This document shows positions 50,935 to 62,976 of a stretch of DNA of 64,000 nucleotides, piece after piece. This stretch comes from Octopus vulgaris (Eukaryota). The position numbers and the translations under genes were made by a program. The DNA is taken from the NCBI GenBank assembly GCA_951406725.2, contig OX597815.1:187550001-187614000 (forward strand). Reading direction: 5' to 3'. A model generated the notes under the pieces. It was not told the DNA's origin. It worked only from the letters and a program-made list of their open reading frames with translations, and searched no databases. Numbering within the stretch: position 1 is the first letter of the stretch; the number at the start of each line of letters is the position of its first letter.

Positions 50935-51187
50935 TACAATTCTATATTTGCCATGGGCATATGGTGTAGTGGTTAAGAGCGCAGGCTACTAACCCAAAGA
51001 TTCTGACTTCAATTCCAGGCAATGACCTGAATAATAATAATAATAACATTGAAAAATACCTTAGGAATGAGAACCCAGGTTCAAAATTTCCCCAAGACAT
51101 CTGATGAAGGCTGGAAGGATGTATCAGCCGAAACGTGTTAACAACAAACAAAATGTGGACAAATATCTGTCAAATGTAAATAATGTA
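50935..51187 (+). mobile_element. Family D: tRNA-head SINE with hammerhead ribozyme
   Basis: A box tggtgtagtgg (50962), anticodon-arm-like ggctACTaacc, degenerate B box gacttcaattcc (51005), (AAT)n, then gacat-CTGATGA-a-ggctg...cagcc-GAAAC-gtgtt; TSD aataaaatc(t/c)g. Confidence 0.88.
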
Positions 51188-51616
51188 AATAAAATCCGTA
51201 TATTTAATTGTTAAGTTTCAGATTTCCTTGGTTTGGATTCACCAAAGATGGTATTTATTGCTGCAACCTTTTCTTTTTCTTCTTATGCGAGAGGAGACAT
51301 TGGTTTTGTGGCACGACATTGATAAGTGATGATTCCTTTTAAACTAATCATGACCTTAGTCTTTCAGACTTGATATCAAAGAGGATCCTCAACCTATTAT
51401 TTATCAAATGACGATTAGGTCAAGTCTAAAATTTCTCTCGTTTTTTTTTGAAGAAGTCCATTTGTTGGCTATTATTCTTTCATCATAAATTTGCTACTTT
51501 AGAACTGACTAGAGTGACCCGCTAATCATGGTTTAAATAGTCTTTTGTGATTTCCTTTCTTTCATTCTCTCCCATCACAAATAACTTTTCAGATTTTTAA
51601 TGGCTAACCTTGACTT

Positions 51617-51669
<53 letters not shown>

Positions 51670-52144
51670 ATGTATGTATAACCTATTGAAATATTGTTTG
51701 TCAGGATTTTTACTCAGATTAATATCTTTATTACCAGTTTAGACAGAAACACATAAAGATTTTTCACTTTTCGTTCTCTATTGATCTTTTATATTTTAAT
51801 CAATGGAATCAGTCCTTTTGCAATCAAATAAAATCCTTTTCACTTGGGGCTTATGGCTTGTTAAATTCAATTTTCGGTGTTAGCATCATATAAACAGGGC
51901 AATGAACAAAAGATTCCTGGAATCATTGTTAGTAAGTTTATCACTCAATCAATAAATATTTGAAATAGTTTTCTTGCTTGACTAACAATATATATATATA
52001 TGCGTGTTTGTGTTTGTGTGTGTGTAACAACCAATACATAAAATTATGTCTAAAAGTAAATTTCCATTTTGGGCATGTTAACGAGGAAGTGAACAATTTC
52101 AGTTATTTAGAGACAAGATTAAGTATTTTCTTTTCATCTTTTAA

Positions 52145-52403
52145 CCCTTTTCTGACCATAATTCCAATAGAATACAGCTACCCTTGTGTTCCAATTATTT
52201 AAAAAGAAGAAAAAAAAAAAAAAGAAAGGAAGAAAATGAGGAATTTGAATGGACTTAATATAACAACTAGGTGTTTGGAACATAACCAAAGGTTCTAACA
52301 TAAAAATTTGTGGAAGATTTTAATATAAAATGTACTCTAAATTAATTTTTGTTTTGTATTTATTTCAGTGAATCAGAGGTTTTAAGGTAAATGTCAGAAG
52401 GGG
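52145..52403. mobile_element. TTAA MITE (P2-related)
   Basis: TTAA-cccttttctgac ... gtcagaagggg-TTAA. Confidence 0.7.
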
Positions 52404-53092
52404 TTAAATATTTCATTAAGTGTTCCACAATTTATATAATGAATAAAATATAGTTTGGTTTTAAATATTATCCATAATGAACACACATTTTAATGAGAAT
52501 AGCTTCGTTTTCATAGCAATCACCAATGCAAAAGTCCCATGGTATTCAAAGGCAAGGCTTAATCATCTTATCAATTGCCTAAAGCAGTTTTAATGTCTTT
52601 TCATAGCTAACAGCCACCATAATAACTAAAGCCATGATAAATAGGTGAACAGAAATTGAAGTCACGATGGAGGGCGGAGGAGGGTTGTAGTTTTGCTTAG
52701 GAAAAAAAAAAATAATAGGAAAAATGTCATCCTTCATTTAAATACTATAAATAATAGCCAAAGTAATTAAACAAATAATGTTTTAAGTCCACTTATTAAC
52801 TTACAATACATGACTCGTTACACCCTGACAAACAACACAATTTAAATAATGGCATTATACATGCATGAAAAAAGAATGAAAAAAATCACGTTTTATTCAA
52901 TATCTTAAAATAAAACAAAAGACAAAATGGTTGTTAAATCAATCAATAACATGTCATTACATGGATATTTTGTGTTTTTAGTATTGATAATGAAGATAAA
53001 TATTCAGACTGGCACCAAAAGGAAGAGCTGTGACAGTCTTGTGATCCTCCTGTCAGGCTATGTGTGAAGGCAATAACATTGTAGCTGTTTAT

Positions 53093-53606
53093 CAGTGGTT
53101 CTCAATCCGGTTGCATCCATGTGACCTTTGGAGGTTTATATAAGGTTTTGTTGTTAATGTTTATGGTGCAATAAATTGATTATATTTTTATGATACACAA
53201 TCATCGTTTAACGTCTGCCTTCCATGCTAGCGTGTGTTGGACGATTTTGACTGAGGGCTGGCGAGCCAGACGGCCGCACCAGGCTCCAATCTTGATCTGG
53301 CAGAGTTTCTACAGCTGGATGCCCTTCCTAACGCCAACCACTCCGAGAGTGTAGTGGGTGCTTTTTACGTGCTACCGGCACAGGAGCCAGTCAGGCAGTA
53401 CTGGCAATGACTTCACTCGAATCTTTTTACACATGCCACCGGCACAGGTGCCAGTAAGGCGACATTGGCAAAAAAATTTTTAAAGACAATTCCTAATAAT
53501 ATTTAATAATAGAAAATTTTTTTTTAAACATTGAATGGCTACAAGGGGCCACTTGATAAATTAGGGGTTCATTGGCAAAAAAAAAAAAAAAGGTTGAGAA
53601 ACACTG
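53093..53606. mobile_element. hAT-like MITE with an antisense SINE C inserted (~53200-53470)
   Basis: TIR cagtggttctcaa / ttgagaaacactg; TSD ctgtttat / ttgtatat (6/8). Confidence 0.75.
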
Positions 53607-54061
53607 TTGTATATAGCATTGACATAGTTTTCTTTGAGGTCAGTTTCTGGCAGCATCCTATTTGATAATGGTGCTCACTGTCAATTCTTTCCCACAGTAA
53701 CTCTCCAGTGATGCATGCAACTGAGAGATGGTTGTGATCAACAAGGCTGAAGAATTATTTTTTAATTCCACCCTTCATAGATTTCTGGTATGAATATTAT
53801 TGGTCACAATGATGTCTTGTACAACCAGTCAGTCGGTTGGGAAGGAAAAAGCGAACACAGGTGGAAAGGGCGTGACCCTATCAGAGTCATCAGGGAATCA
53901 TTATGTATGTCAACTGGAGGCTGAATCATTTGGAAGGGAGCTACTTATACATACACACACACACACACACACACAATAACAGCACATGTGCAAGTTCTTG
54001 ACTTCAGGGTGGATTTTCTGGAGACATAGTTTTGAGGTATCTCACACTGTCATTAACATTT

Positions 54062-54293
54062 AAGCACCATCCAATCGTGGCCGTTTGCCAGCCTCTTCTG
54101 GCACCTGTGCCAGTGGCACGTAAAAAGCACCCACTACACTCATGGAGTGGTTGGCATTAGGAAGGGCATCCAGCTGTAGAAACACTGCCAGATCAGACTG
54201 GGCCTGGTGCAGCCTTCTGGCTTCCCAGACCCCAGTTGAACCGTCCAACCCATGCTAGCATGGAAAGCGGACGTTAAACGATGATGATGATGA
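54062..54293 (+). mobile_element. SINE family C
   Basis: Match, with (GAT)n tail. Confidence 0.9.
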
Positions 54294-54406
54294 ATGTATC
54301 AACCATATTGCAAAACAAATGAAGCAATTGGTGCAGCTCTCTAACCTTGCCAGCTCTAGCTCCTGTCAAACCATCCAGCCCATACCAGCATGAAAACAGA
54401 CATTAA

Positions 54407-54628
54407 CCCTTTTGTTACTGTATTTATTTTGAGATGCTCTGTGTTTCTTTCAATTAATTTTAGATATAACAAAGAATTTAGTAAAATAACTTAGTTATCA
54501 TTCAGCTAGTGTTAGGAACATAAACTGTGACTAAGGTTTGATGGAAGATTTTAATTCAGAACTTATGAAAATGAGACATTTGTACTACAGAGCCAGAGCT
54601 GGTTTCAGCCAGGTTGGTATCAAAAGCG
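54407..54628 (+). mobile_element. TTAA MITE family P2
   Basis: TTAA flanks; near-identical to 54649-54870 and 61972-62193. Confidence 0.9.
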
Positions 54629-54648
54629 TTAAATTAATCATTTGTTAA

Positions 54649-54870
54649 CCCTTTTGTTACCATATTTCTGTTGAGATGCTCTGTGTTTCTTTCAATTAAT
54701 TTTAGATATAACAAAGAATTTAGTAAAATAACTTAGTTATCATTAAGCTTCTGTTAGGAACATAAATTGTGACTAAGGTTTGGTGGAAGATTTTAATTTA
54801 AAACTTATGAAAACAAGACATTTGTACTACAGAGCCAGAGGCAGTTTCAGCCAGGTTGGTAATGAAAGGG
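54649..54870 (+). mobile_element. TTAA MITE family P2
   Basis: cccttttgttacc ... ggtaatgaaaggg with TTAA TSD. Confidence 0.9.
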
Positions 54871-55696
54871 TTAAATGATGATAATGATGGTGATGTTGAC
54901 AATGGTGATGACAACAACTGTGTCAATAGGTAGAAATAATTTCTGCTTTTTAAATGATGGCCAAACACTGCTAGATCCCATCTCAGTACATCACTGCTTT
55001 AATAAACTTGTGCTGACCTGGTGTTTTTTTTTTTTTGTTTAATCAAATTTTTTTCGGTGCCTTTCTTCCCCTCCTGGGTTTGATAAATAAACAGTAAAGA
55101 TATTTTTTCAGAACTTATGAGTGTCTTTTAATTCATTGTTACACTTTTATTGTAAATTTTCTATTTTATATTCCATCTTTAATTGGTTCTGTTCAATTGT
55201 AACACAAACAGACTGTGAGTAGATGCTAATGGATTACATATTAAATTTCAGAACACTCACAGAATATTTTTCTAGTTGGTTGTTGAAATCTTACTCTTCC
55301 TAGATCACATTATTCTCTTATTCTCTTAACAGCAATTGAAGGCCATTCATCTGCACTTAACAGATTTATTATATTTTACTAATCAAATTCATACAATTGT
55401 GTAATTCCTACATTACATGTAAAAAAGTAATTATTCACTTACCTATTTTTACTTCTTAATTTAAATGGCTATTAAAAACACATGGCAAATAAAACTCTTT
55501 TGTTGTATTAATTCTTTATTGATCTTACGACTTAAAAGACAGATTAGTATAGTTTTCATCAATCATCTATATCACTTCAGAAATATTTTTATGTTCTCTT
55601 AGATGCTAGTGACTCGTTAATCTATACATCAGAACAGAAGAAGTATGTTAAACAACAGCAAAACAGATTATTCTCTTGTATTTGTTTGGGATGATA

Positions 55697-56292
55697 TGTG
55701 GTTGTGTGGTAAGAAGCTTGCTTTCCGACCACATGGTTCCGAGTTCGGTCCCACTGTGTGGAACCTCGGGCAAGTGTCTTTTGCTATGGCTTTGGGCTGA
55801 CCAAAGCTTTGTGAGTGGATTTGGTAAATGGAAACTGAAAGAAGCCTATTGCATATATATATATATATATATATGTATGTCTTTGTTTCTGTGTTTGTAT
55901 ACCCATCATTGCTTGACAACAGATGTTGGTGTGTTTACGTCCCCGTAAACTAGCAGTTCAGCAAAAGAGACTGATAGGTTTACAAAGATTAAGTCCTTGG
56001 ATCGATTTCTTCAACTAAAAGCCCTTTAACCCTTTAGTGTTCAGATTGCTCTCTTAAATGTAATATTTTTTTACTCAAATTGTTTTTAATTAATCCTGCA
56101 TTATCTTATAGCTTTTGAGGTTTCAGTGATGTGATTGTTTATTTTTAGAATGTCAGTGTAGATTAGGTGTGAGTGGCCAGATATCACCAGTTTGAATATA
56201 AAACATATAGAATATTTGGGCCGGATATGGCCGGTTTAAACACTAAAGGGTTAAAGTGGTGCTCCAGTCAAATGACTGAAACAAGTAAAAGA

Positions 56293-56296
<4 letters not shown>
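55697..56296 (+). mobile_element. SINE family B interrupted by a P1 MITE
   Basis: B resumes agtggtgctccag after 56254. Confidence 0.85.
56030..56250 (+). mobile_element. TTAA MITE family P1
   Basis: TIR ccctttagtgtt / aacactaaaggg; TTAA TSD. Confidence 0.92.
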
Positions 56297-56328
<32 letters not shown>

Positions 56329-56331
<3 letters not shown>

Positions 56332-56905
56332 CATTACAGATATAGGGTGAAAGATTATTAATTTAATAAAATCAACAAATTTCACCTAGTAGTTTTTCGG
56401 TATGGAAAAGGACCATATTCGGTAAAAACTTATACAAAAAGTTTTTTTATATATAATTATAACAATAAGGGTTTAGCAACAAGTTGCTTGACCACATACC
56501 GAAAATTTTACGCACATGGTAGAAAATTGGAGGGAAATATGAATTCACTTGTCTATATAAATGTGGATATGCTGATTAGCTTTTATATGTTCTGATGATG
56601 CTTGGTCAGAAATATTAGGGGTAAGTTTTCCTAGCATCTTCAGATTTATAATTATCGAAATATTATGTGGATAACAGAAATGAATCTTATGATTCTAATC
56701 CAGAAACACGTCCATAATTAATCGAAGACTGTTTGATTTTCATTATTTTTCTTCTTTTTTGCCATGTGTGAGTTACAAATATTGTTGTCTGTGGAGACAT
56801 ATTTTTGTAGAAAAAGGAAATAGTAGTCTTTTGGCTGCTATTTCTAAAATTTTCGGTATGTGGTCAAGCAACTTGTTGCTAAACCCTTATTGTTATAATT
56901 ATATA
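56329..56905. mobile_element. Penelope-like element with inverted terminal arrangement between (TA)n tracts
   Basis: 56452-56510 is the reverse complement of 56845-56904; hammerhead-like tatg..CTGATGA(56592)...GAAAC-ac-GTC-cata(56716); same family at 7561-7826. Confidence 0.75.
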
Positions 56906-57292
56906 TATATATATATATTTACTTATATGCTTTTGGTGTGAATTGTTTTGTTATATGGTACCTGGTTTTACAATCCTGTAAATAATAATAATGGTATTTG
57001 TATAAGCCTAAAGCTTATACCCATCACCATGCAATGACTAAGGAAAATAATTTAATAATGGGGCATTTAAGCCCTCGATAGAAAAAAGTAGGCTTTCCTA
57101 TCCACATGGGACTCGAACCTGCATATGTCCATATATATTTAAGGAAGGTAGTTGTGTAAAGTTGGAACAATGTGAGAAGATACAAAATAAATTACAAATT
57201 GAAAAGGTGTTTATTTTGTACCTTTTTGTATTGTTCTGGCTTTACACAACTATATTCTTTAAATTATACCTCACAATGCTTCACAAAAACTA

Positions 57293-57340
<48 letters not shown>

Positions 57341-57453
57341 ATAATGAGGATATTTAAACCTCTTATAGGGATATTTTTATCCAAGATACACTGGTTTAAT
57401 ATATTATATTTTGAAGAGATATTTCTTCAATGAATATATGATATAAAATATCA

Positions 57454-57672
57454 AGGCGGCGAGCTAGCAGAAACGTTAGCATGCTGGGCGAAATGCTTAA
57501 CGGTATTTCTTCTGTCTTTACATTCTGAGTTCAAATTCCGCCGAGGTTGACTTTACCTTTCATTCTTTTGGTGTTGATAAATTAAGTACCAGCTGCATTC
57601 TGAGGTCAATCTAATTGATTGGCCCCCATCCCCTAAAATTTCGGGCCTTGTGCCTAGATTTGTAAAGAATAT
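57454..57672 (+). mobile_element. SINE family A
   Basis: aggcggcgagctagcagaaacgttagc... full length; atataaaatatca flanks. Confidence 0.9.
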
Positions 57673-57710
57673 ATCATATAAAATATCATAAAATACCAAA
57701 TATTATTATT

Positions 57711-57983
57711 GAGCTAGAAAACAGATCTAATGAATACAAATTAATCTATTAATTAATAAACATATTCACCTACAATTGTTTAATTTCACAATCAAAATTA
57801 AAACTACAAAACATACATCAATATATAATTTTGCATTATAAAATACTTTGGATGGAAAATTATATATTTATATATTTTGTAGTTTTAATTTTGGTTGTGA
57901 AATGAAACAATTTTAGGTGAATATGTTAATTAATTAATTAATAGATTAATTTGTATCCATTGGATCTCTCTGTTTTCTAACTC
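57711..57983. repeat. Inverted repeat (~115 bp arms), Penelope-like end
   Basis: gagctagaaaacagatc...cacctacaattgttt... / ...gaaacaattttaggtg...ctgttttctaactc; GAAAC-AATT-(G)TA remnant. Confidence 0.8.
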
Positions 57984-58075
57984 ACTATATTTATATATCT
58001 ATATTTGTGTGTTTACATATATATACATATATCTGTATGTGTGTGTATGATGAATGTGAAAGAAAACTAATTTAA

Positions 58076-58250
58076 CCCTTTATAACATTCAAACTGGCCC
58101 TATCTGGCTCAAATATTTTACCTGTTCTATGTTCAAAGTAGTGAGATTTGGCCTCTCACTCCAACCCTACACTGTTATTCTAAAAAAAAAAACAAAAAAC
58201 AATCACATCATTGAAAAATTGGAACTTCAAGACAATGTGAATAAATAAAT
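58076..58250 (-). mobile_element. TTAA MITE P1, truncated
   Basis: Reverse complement of the P1 3' part. Confidence 0.7.
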
Positions 58251-58423
58251 ATAAAAATATGAAAATAATCAATTTTATTTTTATGATTAGTTTATTTGTA
58301 ATAATTCTTTTTATTTCTGTTCAAATTTTAAAGTTTTTGTATGGTGGATTTGAATTTCAGCTTACCTGAGAAAGCACCAATTTCAGGACCAGCTTTGCAT
58401 GTGGCTGTTGGAATAATGACCTA

Positions 58424-58715
58424 TTTCATTACTACCCACAAGGGGCTAAACACAGAGAGGACAAACAAGGACAGACAAATGGATTAAGTCGATTATATCA
58501 ACCCCAGTGCGTAAATGGTACTTAATTTATCCACCCCGAAAGGATGAAAGGCAAAGTCGATCTCGGCGGAATTTGAACTCAGAACGTAGCGGCAGACGAA
58601 ATACTGCTAAGCATTTCGCCTGGCGTGCTAACGTTTCTGCCAGCTCGCCACCTAAAGACAGATGAAATACCGTTAAGTATTTTGCATGGCATGCTAAAGT
58701 TTCTGCCAGCTCACT
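58424..58715 (-). mobile_element. SINE family A plus a second head fragment
   Basis: Full copy 58424-58652; extra head 58655-58715. Confidence 0.88.
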
Positions 58716-59171
58716 GAATAATGACCACATAATGTTATTATCTGAGATAGCCCTACACTCTATCCAGCATGAGATTTATCTCACATCTTAATATCAAGGA
58801 TATGGAGTTAAGCACTACACTTCAAAAACTGAAGCAGAATCACAAAATAATTTACTATCAGAATGTAAACCATTGACTTAAGTAAGCTCTATAAGTGAGA
58901 TGGTTTGCAAAACAAACTGTATTTGTTACTCTCATCTCAAAGACAGGAAACAGATCTAATTACAAAACATTACTACAATGATAGTTTATCAATAGAGTCA
59001 TTTGACTTGCTATAAATAGCAACTAAATCTCACTCAGATTCCCAATCTGGCATCATAGAAGAAAATGGAAGAACACATTAGATTATGATAAGATGATTAC
59101 AGATGGAATCCCTTAAATAAATATATTTGATGAGGGTTAGCCCCTTGCCTGTCACATGTGATGCCCAGGAC

Positions 59172-59221
<50 letters not shown>

Positions 59222-59222
<1 letters not shown>

Positions 59223-59634
59223 TTCTTTTACTCTTTTACTTGTTTCAGTCATGTGACTGTGGCCATGCTGGAGCACCGCCTTTAGTCAACAAATCGATCC
59301 CAGGGCTTATTCTTTGTAAGCCTAGTACTTATTCTATCAGTCCCTTTTGCCGAATCGCTAAGTGACGGGGACCTAAACACACCAGCATCAGTTGTCAAGT
59401 GATATTGGGCGGGGGACAAACACAAACACACAAACATATACACACACATACATATATATATAGATATATATGACAAGCTTCTTCCAGTTTCCATCTACCA
59501 AATCCACTCACTAGGCTTTGGTCGGCCCGAGGCTATAGTAGAAGACACTTGCCCAAGGTGCCATGTAGTGGGACTGAGCCCGGAACCATGTGGTTGGTAA
59601 GCAATCTACTTACCGCACAGCCGCTCTTACGCCT
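59222..59634 (-). mobile_element. SINE family B
   Basis: Full length, between (TA)n tracts. Confidence 0.9.
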
Positions 59635-60396
59635 ATATATATATATATATATATACACACAGACACACATATTCCTAGCATTTTTCAACTGTCATAATAA
59701 CTTGGTACTTATGAAAGGAACTCTTTATATTTACTTAAAATATATGCAACAAGGGCTAATTAAAAGTCTGAAAGCAAGCAATGATGTTTTGGACGACCTT
59801 ACAAAAATGGTTTGGACAAGCAAAAGGATAACCAGAGAATAAAGAATAACCCCCATCAAATATATAAAATAATGATGGGAGAAGTCTCCGGGGGGGGGGG
59901 GAATGATGTGTAGGTTATCACCAAAAGAAGCAATAACCGCTCCACTCCACCCCCACAAAAATAACCCATTTGTCTGAAATTCATGTCAGTCTTCATATCA
60001 TGTTTTAGTTTTATCATTCATCTGTAGTATTCATTATATTTTATAGTCAATTTTGATGTTGGATGCACCTTGTCTCCCCCATGCTTTATTTGATATTTTA
60101 AAAAAGCAACAATATATAAAAAGGCCAAAAAAGAAAACAACAAAATGCAATCTTTTAAGAGGCATTTTCAAAATTAAAATATAAAGATTTAAATATAACT
60201 AATAGAAATTTTAGTCAGTTTCTTAAATACCTTTTAGATATTACAAGCAATCTGATATTATAGATTATTATTAGAGTAGTCATTGATTTTAGTCGAGTTT
60301 TGGAGTTTGTTGAAAAGCATTCAAGAAATGGTTATATTTTTTTTATCAACTCTTAGATGTCCATGTTTGAAGAATTTGTAATATTAAATGATATGA

Positions 60397-60436
<40 letters not shown>

Positions 60437-60440
<4 letters not shown>

Positions 60441-60484
60441 CAAAATAAGCAACAAGGATATCCTTGTTGCTTATTTTGATTATA
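60437..60484. repeat. Perfect palindrome of a Penelope-like terminus next to (TA)n
   Basis: taatcaaaataagcaacaaggat|atccttgttgcttattttgatta; cttgttgcttatttt also follows the hammerhead at 38203. Confidence 0.8.
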
Positions 60485-60571
60485 ATCACCCCATTTTGAA
60501 TTATATGGATAATACCATACCAAATTCTGGTACCTTTAACTTAAGTACCATATTCAACTGAATCTATATAT

Positions 60572-60770
60572 ATAGGGGTGCTGAGGAATTCTGGCTTTGG
60601 GTAAAAGAAAATACAGGAGGGTCAGTTAATTATAATTTTATTCAACATATTCCCCTTTCAGATTCACACACTTATTGCAGTGGTCCTTCAGCTTTTTTAA
60701 GCCCTGCAAAAGAACTTGGAAGCTTGGGCCTTCCATACCCTTAATACCAAAAACTTTTCAACACTCTGTC
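60572..60770. mobile_element. Mariner-derived MITE
   Basis: Homologous to 14539-14982 and 36873-37088. Confidence 0.75.
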
Positions 60771-61629
60771 ATGTATATATATATATATATCAGAGTTTCT
60801 TGTTGTACACCATTGTCTTCATTGCTCTACTTCCAACATAGAAATTCTTCAGAAAATGAGGTGCTACCATTTTCTTTCTGCTTGATTGATTATGTGAATA
60901 TCTGTTCTGATAACTCAGAAACTATTGAAGCTAGTGAATGCAAATATTTGATGAGTGATTAATTACTAAGCAACAGAAAAAAGGGGGAAAAAATATTCCT
61001 TTTTTTTTTAACCTTTTTTTTTAGCAGTTTCTTTTTATAAATAAGGTCTATAATTTCAACCACCTCAAGAAGTTAGGTTACTAATTGAGCAAGTGCCTGG
61101 AATTTTAGACTTTATACTCTTAATGGCAATTGAACTTGTCGACCTTCTAGGATATCCTGCTGATATTGCTGATCCTCTCAATTTCATAGATTCCCAGACC
61201 TTACGGTGTTTTGACATTAAATATGTTGTCTGACTCTTCTCAATTCGGTGTGTTGTACACCAGGCAAGCTATTGGCTATACATATTCACAAGTATATAGT
61301 GACAGGAAACTACATTTTAGATATAAATAACTATAATAGTTAGTCATGTAAAATGTAAAGAAATACTGACTTAGCTGGTAGAAAAATATGTAAATGTAGA
61401 GAAATAAAATAACTGATTTATAAAATTTATTTTTTGCTTTTATTTAATAGAGTTTTTGGTTAATATCGTGTCAAATGTTCTAATTGTATAACTTTGGAAG
61501 TCAGTATGCTGCTCATTGAATGTAATTTTATTTGGACTTTAAACATTTCTATGATTAGCAAGCTTTGTGAAAATGATATCTGTCTATTGTTATAATTAAA
61601 CGTGCACGCACACACACACCCACAGAAAC

Positions 61630-61830
61630 TTAGCCATGGGCATGTGGTTAAGTTCACTTTCCGACAGTGTCATTTTGAGTTCAGTCCCACCGTGCACCAC
61701 GTTGGGCAAGTGTCTTCTGGTGTTATCCCTGACCACTCAAAATGTCTTCTGATTTGGTTGCTGGAAACTGAAAAAGAAGCCCATTATTGTGGATGTATGT
61801 GCATGTGTGTGTGTGCATGTGTGCGTGTGT
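61630..61830 (+). mobile_element. Old SINE family B, 5' half
   Basis: tgtggttaag...gagttcagtcccac...ttgggcaagtgtcttct. Confidence 0.6.
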
Positions 61831-61905
61831 GCATTTACACTTGCTACTCTCTCAATCGAAGTCATAATATTAGCATGGTGTTCTGTTGACATTTCTCCTC
61901 TTTAA

Positions 61906-62351
61906 CCCTTTAGCGTTCAAATTATTCTGTGAAATGTATTGCTTATTTATTCATATCTAAAAGAAGATTAACCCTTTTGGTACTGTATTTATTTTGAGAT
62001 GCTCTGTGTTTCTTTCAATTAATTTTAAATATAACAAAGAATTTAGTAAAATAACTTAGTTATCATTCAGCTAGTGTTAAGAACATTAATTGTGATTAAG
62101 GTTTGGTGGAAGATTTTAATTCAAAACTTACAAAAACAAGACATTTGTACTACAGAGCCAGAGCCGGTTTCAGCCAGGTTGGTAATGAAAGGGTTAAATA
62201 TGTATTGTCTCATAGCTTTAAGATTTCAATTATGTGATTGCTTATTTTTAGAATGACATTGTAGGGTAGGTGTGAGAGGCTGCATTTGACCAGTCTAAAC
62301 AAAACAAATAGTATGTTTGGGCTAGATATGGTTGGTTTAAATGCAAAAGGG
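61906..62351 (+). mobile_element. P1 MITE with a nested P2 MITE (61972-62193)
   Basis: TTAA-bounded P2 inside P1. Confidence 0.85.
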
Positions 62352-62547
62352 TAAAATTTCCCACTTGTCTTATAACTTCAGAGTCATGTGGTGTAAGAGG
62401 CCCCTTACTCAAAAAATAGGTAAAGATTGGCACCAGGAAGTGTATCCAGCTATACCTAAAACATTACCTTAGTAATATACTTGTCTCCCCCATGCTAGCA
62501 TAGAAAAGCAGTCATGAAACAAACAAACACGTATATATATATATATA

Positions 62548-62937
62548 CTAGCAGTATCACCCGGCATTGCTTGGATTTGTTTCGACCCTTTAGAATTGGA
62601 ATTTTTGAAAAGTAAAAATTTTGCATTATGTAGCTTGTTATTCTCTTTAAGTGAACATTTCTGGTTTGAAATACACCACAAAATGGCAACACAACAGTTA
62701 AAAAATCATAAAAAATAGGGATTTTCATAGAAAAAAAAGCACCTTTTTGATGTAAATAATTTTTAGTGTTAACATGGTCCGATTTGAATTTTTTCTTCTA
62801 CAGAAGGAAGAGCAAGCCTTCTTCTATCATACTCTCAATTTTGGTCAACTTGCACCGCAGGGTCTCGGAGGAGATAGTGTTAGTTGAAGGCTACCAAACC
62901 TGCCATACACAGACAACTTCAGCTTTATATATATATA
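62548..62937 (-). mobile_element. Non-autonomous Helitron, same family as 6492-6930
   Basis: A|CTAG...cagctttatatata; reverse-complement homology. Confidence 0.88.
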
Positions 62938-62939
62938 TT

Positions 62940-62976
<37 letters not shown>

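Noticed and set aside
50955-51020. Functional tRNA gene
   Set aside because: Acceptor stem and B box are degenerate; it is the head of a TSD-flanked repeat
52369-52386. 18-nt microexon-like motif
   Set aside because: Lies within a MITE with no supporting context
53640-53945. Higher-complexity segment resembling an exon
   Set aside because: No ORF of 60 aa or more in the track and no recognisable motif; probably an old repeat
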